From: an uncultured delta proteobacterium
Lineage (GTDB): Bacteria > Desulfobacterota > Binatia > UBA9968
DNA: 64,000 nt
Direction of reading: 5' to 3'
Assembly: GCA_963727625.1 (NCBI GenBank)
Contig: CAVSHR010000009.1
Span: 192,001 to 256,000 of the forward strand
Below are positions 60,293 to 64,000 of this stretch, one piece after another (positions within the stretch are counted from its first letter, which is position 1; each line of letters begins with the position of its first letter). Made by a program: the position numbers and the translations under genes. The notes beneath the pieces were generated by a model. The model searched no databases. It had not been told where the DNA came from and saw nothing but the letters and a program-made list of their open reading frames with translations.

Positions 60293-60661
60293 ATGTTCAA
60301 GCGTATCGATCACGTAGCAATCCATGTAGCCGACCTCGACCGCTCGGTGAAATTTTACGAAAGGCACTTCGGTTTTAAACATTACTTTCAACACGCCGCG
60401 GGCAACGGCGCGCAAATCGCCTATTTGAAGTTGGGCGACACCGTGCTTGAGTTGACCCATCATTCCGATGGCGCCATGGTCGGATTTCATTTCTGCCTCG
60501 AAACGGACAACTTCGACGAAACCGTCGCGCAGTTACAAAAAAATGGTGTCAAATTACTTCGCGCGCCCCATGATACAGCGGCGCGCGAGCCGCGCGAAAA
60601 AGGCTGGCACCGGGTTGTGTTCAGCGGGCCGGACGGAGAACAGATCGAACTTCGCGGGTGA
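60293..60661 (+). CDS. VOC/glyoxalase family protein
   Basis: IDHVAIHVADLDRSVKFY, HFCL, GPDGEQIEL. Confidence 0.88.
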   Translation: MFKRIDHVAIHVADLDRSVKFYERHFGFKHYFQHAAGNGAQIAYLKLGDTVLELTHHSDGAMVGFHFCLETDNFDETVAQLQKNGVKLLRAPHDTAAREPREKGWHRVVFSGPDGEQIELRG

Positions 60662-60665
60662 AACA

Positions 60666-60717
60666 GGGTCTCCCGTTCGGAGTTTAAAGTTTAAACTCTG
60701 GACCCGAGACTCCGAAG
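60666..60717. repeat. Degenerate heptamer inverted-repeat element
   Basis: GGGTCTC CCGTTCG GAGTTTA AAGT.. TAAACTC TGGACCC GAGACTC. Confidence 0.55.
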
Positions 60718-60745
60718 GTTAGACGAGCACAAGGAGTCTTTTCGC

Positions 60746-61054
60746 ATGGATGACAATAAATCAAAGACGATCCGAATCACCTGTCCTTGCTGCGAGGCGA
60801 CCTTGACCATCGACCCGGCGCTGAGCGCGGTTCTCGATCACAAGCTACCGGTCAAACCGCAAATGGCCGTGCAGCTAAAGGACGCCGTAAAGCAGGTGAA
60901 GGAAGAAGCCGGCCGCCGCGACGAAAAGTACCAGAAGATCGCCGAAGCGGAAAAAAACAAATCCAAAGTTCTCGAAGCCAAGTTCCAAGAGCTATTCAAG
61001 AAGGCCAAAGAAGAGCCGATCACCAAACCCCTCAAAGACATCGACTTGGATTAG
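60746..61054 (+). CDS. Small hypothetical protein with CPCC motif and charged helical tail
   Basis: AAGGAG RBS; ITCPCCEATLTID. Confidence 0.7.
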   Translation: MDDNKSKTIRITCPCCEATLTIDPALSAVLDHKLPVKPQMAVQLKDAVKQVKEEAGRRDEKYQKIAEAEKNKSKVLEAKFQELFKKAKEEPITKPLKDIDLD

Positions 61055-61089
61055 GCTGTCGGTTTTTTCTACCCGTCGCTGCCGCCCTC

Positions 61090-61716
61090 CTATTCTTTGA
61101 AATCTGCCTCTATACAAGTCGACTCCACGTCGTAGCCGAGATAGTAATAACGGTGCCATAGTTTTTTTGTCGCACGAGCGGCACCCGTCCAGATGTTGAG
61201 ATGGATCCCTTCCATGCTCGTGCATGCTCTAAAAGCGACCGCACTACCGCCCAATCGGCCCTCGACCCGCCCTTGTCGGATCTTGAGATTCGCCTGTTTT
61301 CTGGCCATTGCAAAATAGATTTTGCCATTTTTCAATTCGCTGCCATCGACGAGGTAAGAAACGTCCGCCGCCGTGGCGCTGGCGGACTCGCATGGTTTCT
61401 TCAACGCGGTGTTCACTTTGGAATGACGAATTTCTGACGGCTGTGTCGCGTTGCCGAGCGGAGTCCACACCAGCGCGAGCTCGTCGCCGGGTTTCAGCGA
61501 ACCATCTTGGATCATCAAACAGAACTCGCCGCCCCGCCGCGCGGCGACCATCCCGACACCGCGAGCGTAATCGAACGGAGGTTGCTTGCTCGGCGCATCC
61601 GCAGCGCCAAGAACCTCTACCTGGCTTAGCGCGAGAATGATCGAACAGAGGGCTCGGACCCTTGCCCTGTTTCGGAGGACTTGATTCACGGCTGTCCCAT
61701 TATCATCGCGCTGCAC
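61090..61716 (-). CDS. Hypothetical exported protein
   Basis: Signal-like segment; conserved-looking C-terminus CTSMEGIHL..W...WHRYYYLGYDVE.TC; start uncertain. Confidence 0.65.
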   Translation of the reverse strand: MQRDDNGTAVNQVLRNRARVRALCSIILALSQVEVLGAADAPSKQPPFDYARGVGMVAARRGGEFCLMIQDGSLKPGDELALVWTPLGNATQPSEIRHSKVNTALKKPCESASATAADVSYLVDGSELKNGKIYFAMARKQANLKIRQGRVEGRLGGSAVAFRACTSMEGIHLNIWTGAARATKKLWHRYYYLGYDVESTCIEADFKE

Positions 61717-61776
61717 GGTTGGAGCAACCGTCGGTTTGGTTTGCGAGCGAATCTTCGATAGAAAAGGTAACCGACT

Positions 61777-62775
61777 ATGCGTGCGATGCTGTTTGAAGGG
61801 ACGGGCGGAGATTTACGGCTTGCGAATGTTCCGGTTGCCAAGCCAGGCCCGGAGCAAGTTTTACTTAGCGTCAACGCCTGCGCGGTTTGCCGGACCGATC
61901 TCCATGTCGTCGACGGTGAATTGACGCAACCGAAACTGCCGCTGATTCCGGGCCACGAAATTGTCGGCACCGTCGTCGAGATCGGCGGCGCCGTTACCGG
62001 CTTCAAAATCGGTGACCGCGTTGGCGTGCCCTGGTTGGGTTGGACCTGCGGTGAGTGTGAGTTTTGTCTAAATGCTAGAGAGAATCTCTGCGACCAAGCA
62101 CAATTTACCGGCTATACGCTCGACGGCGGGTATGCGGAATATACCGTTGCTGACCATCGCTTCTGTTTTCCGATTGCCGATTCCTACAACGACGCCGAAG
62201 CGGCGCCGCTACTTTGCGCCGGCCTGATCGGCTACCGAAGTCTGGTCAAAGCCGGCAGCGGCAAACGCCTCGGCATCTACGGCTTTGGCGCCGCAGCGCA
62301 TATCGTCGCGCAAGTTGCCAAATATCAACAGCGGGAAATTTTTGCGTTTGCCCGGCCAGGCGACGAAGAAGCGAAACAATTCGCTCTGAATCTAGGCGCA
62401 GTTTGGGCCGGCGGCTCTGATAAGTTGCCGCCGGTCAAACTTGACGCCGCGATCATCTTCGCGCCCGTCGGCGCACTTGTTCCCCAGGCATTGAAAGCCG
62501 TCGGCAAAGGCGGCATCGTCGTCTGCGGCGGCATCCATATGAGCGATATCCCTTCCTTCCCCTACTCGAACCTCTGGGAAGAACGCTCGATCTGCTCCGT
62601 TGCCAACCTCACCCGCCGCGACGGCGAAGAATTCTTGGCCCTCGCCCCCAAAGTCCCAGTGCGCACGGAGATCGAAACTTACCGCTTGGAAGAGGCGAAC
62701 GAAGCTTTGAAGCGGTTGCGTGATGGAAAGATTCAGGGTGCAGCGGTGCTCGTGATGAAATCCAGTGAGTTTTAA
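61777..62775 (+). CDS. Zinc-dependent alcohol dehydrogenase (MDR family)
   Basis: VCRTDLH, GHE, CGECEFC...NLC, GFGAAA. Confidence 0.92.
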   Translation: MRAMLFEGTGGDLRLANVPVAKPGPEQVLLSVNACAVCRTDLHVVDGELTQPKLPLIPGHEIVGTVVEIGGAVTGFKIGDRVGVPWLGWTCGECEFCLNARENLCDQAQFTGYTLDGGYAEYTVADHRFCFPIADSYNDAEAAPLLCAGLIGYRSLVKAGSGKRLGIYGFGAAAHIVAQVAKYQQREIFAFARPGDEEAKQFALNLGAVWAGGSDKLPPVKLDAAIIFAPVGALVPQALKAVGKGGIVVCGGIHMSDIPSFPYSNLWEERSICSVANLTRRDGEEFLALAPKVPVRTEIETYRLEEANEALKRLRDGKIQGAAVLVMKSSEF

Positions 62776-62814
62776 TTCGTTTGTTGACTTCGATCAGAAG
62801 CTGAGCGGCATTCG

Positions 62815-63747
62815 TCAATCCGCTGGCGTCTGCAGCGGCCGGATCACCTCTCCGGCCAGTGTACCTACTTGTTCTCGCCATCCTTCAAATGGTCCGCAAG
62901 GCCGCATAATAAACTTGGTCGCGCCGGCGGCGATGTAGGCCTGCACTTTCGACCGCACTTGCTCGGGCGTGCCGAAGGCGGTGAATTCAGGAACCGGCAG
63001 GTCGGCGCGCGGGCGGATGGAGCGCCCAGCGGTTTCATAGGCTTTGTCCGTGCTTTCCGCGAAGTAAAAGGGAATCAATACGCCGTAATGATCTTCCGGT
63101 ACTTGCCGGCCGGCTTCCGCGGCGTATGCGCGAATCGCTTTAATTCCGGCGTCGACTTCAGCGGGCGAAACGGACGAAACCAACCAGCCGTCGCCCAAGC
63201 GTCCGGTACGGCGCATCGCGGCTTGGCTTCGACCCCCGATCCAGATCGGCAGGCCGTTCTTCCGCCAAGGACGCGGCATGATCGTGACGTCTCGCACGTT
63301 GAAAAATTTTCCCTCGAAGCTGACGTTGTCTTCCGTCCATAAGCGGCGCATCAGCGCGATCGCCTCATCAGTGCGCGCGGCACGCTCCTTTTTATCCACG
63401 CCCACCGCGAGCAAGTCTTTCGAATCCTCACCGCCCAGGCCGATGGCAGGAAAGAGCCGGCCCTGCGAGAGAAAATCCAGCGTGGCGAGTTCTTTGGCTA
63501 GAATGATGGGATTGCGCGCCGGCAGCACCAACGTGCTGGTGCCGAGCTTCATCTTGCCCAGGCGGCCGGCAACGTAGGAAAGAAACGCGATTGGCTCGAT
63601 AATCAGCCCGCTGGAAACCAGCCGGTCGCTCGCCCAGATCGAATCGACGTCAAGCGCCTCAAAATAATCGAGCAGATCGAAGATTGCGCCAGGCTGAATA
63701 TTTTTATCCGGCCATTGCCCGATCGCGATACCGATCCGGACTTTCAT
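62815..63747 (-). CDS. LLM-class (luciferase-like) flavin-dependent oxidoreductase
   Basis: DSIWASD, P.R.P..LAKELATLD.LSQGR, PIWIGG, GDGW. Confidence 0.88.
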   Translation of the reverse strand: MKVRIGIAIGQWPDKNIQPGAIFDLLDYFEALDVDSIWASDRLVSSGLIIEPIAFLSYVAGRLGKMKLGTSTLVLPARNPIILAKELATLDFLSQGRLFPAIGLGGEDSKDLLAVGVDKKERAARTDEAIALMRRLWTEDNVSFEGKFFNVRDVTIMPRPWRKNGLPIWIGGRSQAAMRRTGRLGDGWLVSSVSPAEVDAGIKAIRAYAAEAGRQVPEDHYGVLIPFYFAESTDKAYETAGRSIRPRADLPVPEFTAFGTPEQVRSKVQAYIAAGATKFIMRPCGPFEGWREQVGTLAGEVIRPLQTPAD

Positions 63748-63756
63748 AGAAGCGAT

Positions 63757-63999
63757 TTACCTCTCGTGGAGATTTTTGACGAACCCGCTCTTGTCAAGCT
63801 CTTCGACGAAACTCGAATCGACGAAGTCCTCCGGTTTATGCTTTCAGAGCTCCAGGCGAGTTCGCGCGAGATATTCGCAGCGGGTCTTCATGCCCTTGCT
63901 CTTCGAGTAAGGCGCCGCAATGCGGTACTTGGCGAACAATTCCCAGAATTCCTGCGCCAGCGAGTCGTCGTTCAACCGGAGCATTTTTTTGATAACTTT
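63757..63999 (-). pseudogene. C-terminus of an NMT1/SsuA-like binding protein with an in-frame stop (cut by window edge)
   Basis: ...EL*KHKPEDFVDSSFVEELDKSGFVKNL; TGA at 63844-63846. Confidence 0.55.
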
Positions 64000-64000
64000 T

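Noticed and set aside
63844-63846. In-frame TGA in the terminal binding-protein fragment as Sec
   Set aside because: No redox motif or clear SECIS; a nonsense mutation is the simpler explanation.

Overview
GC-rich bacterial chromosomal window with about 50 intact CDS, dominated by solute uptake and CoA-dependent or amide catabolism. Uptake: TctAB, two FbpB-like permeases, three related periplasmic binding proteins and a Dpp/Opp cluster; no ABC ATPase is present. Catabolism: CoA transferases, an acyl-CoA dehydrogenase pair, an enoyl-CoA hydratase and five amidohydrolases. Housekeeping genes include ptsP, ychF, aat, alkA, an M16 protease pair and the AmmeMemoRadiSam radical SAM gene. The content resembles Binatota/Deltaproteobacteria-like genomes (inference only). 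Main highlights: (1) a three-gene operon joining a short BoxB/PaaA-type diiron aromatic-CoA epoxidase to a thioredoxin-like [2Fe-2S] ferredoxin and a stand-alone NuoF-like flavoprotein, behind a promoter and a perfect 18-bp palindrome, suggesting a non-canonical reductase module in place of BoxA/PaaE; (2) a peroxiredoxin-fold selenoprotein truncated in the ORF track (in-frame UGA, SECIS-like hairpin, unusual HPNU motif); (3) a family of degenerate 7-nt-period inverted repeats at gene junctions; (4) many decayed or chimeric gene relics. I found no rRNA, tRNA, CRISPR array or recognisable transposase/integrase. All calls come from reading motifs by eye; no database search was run.
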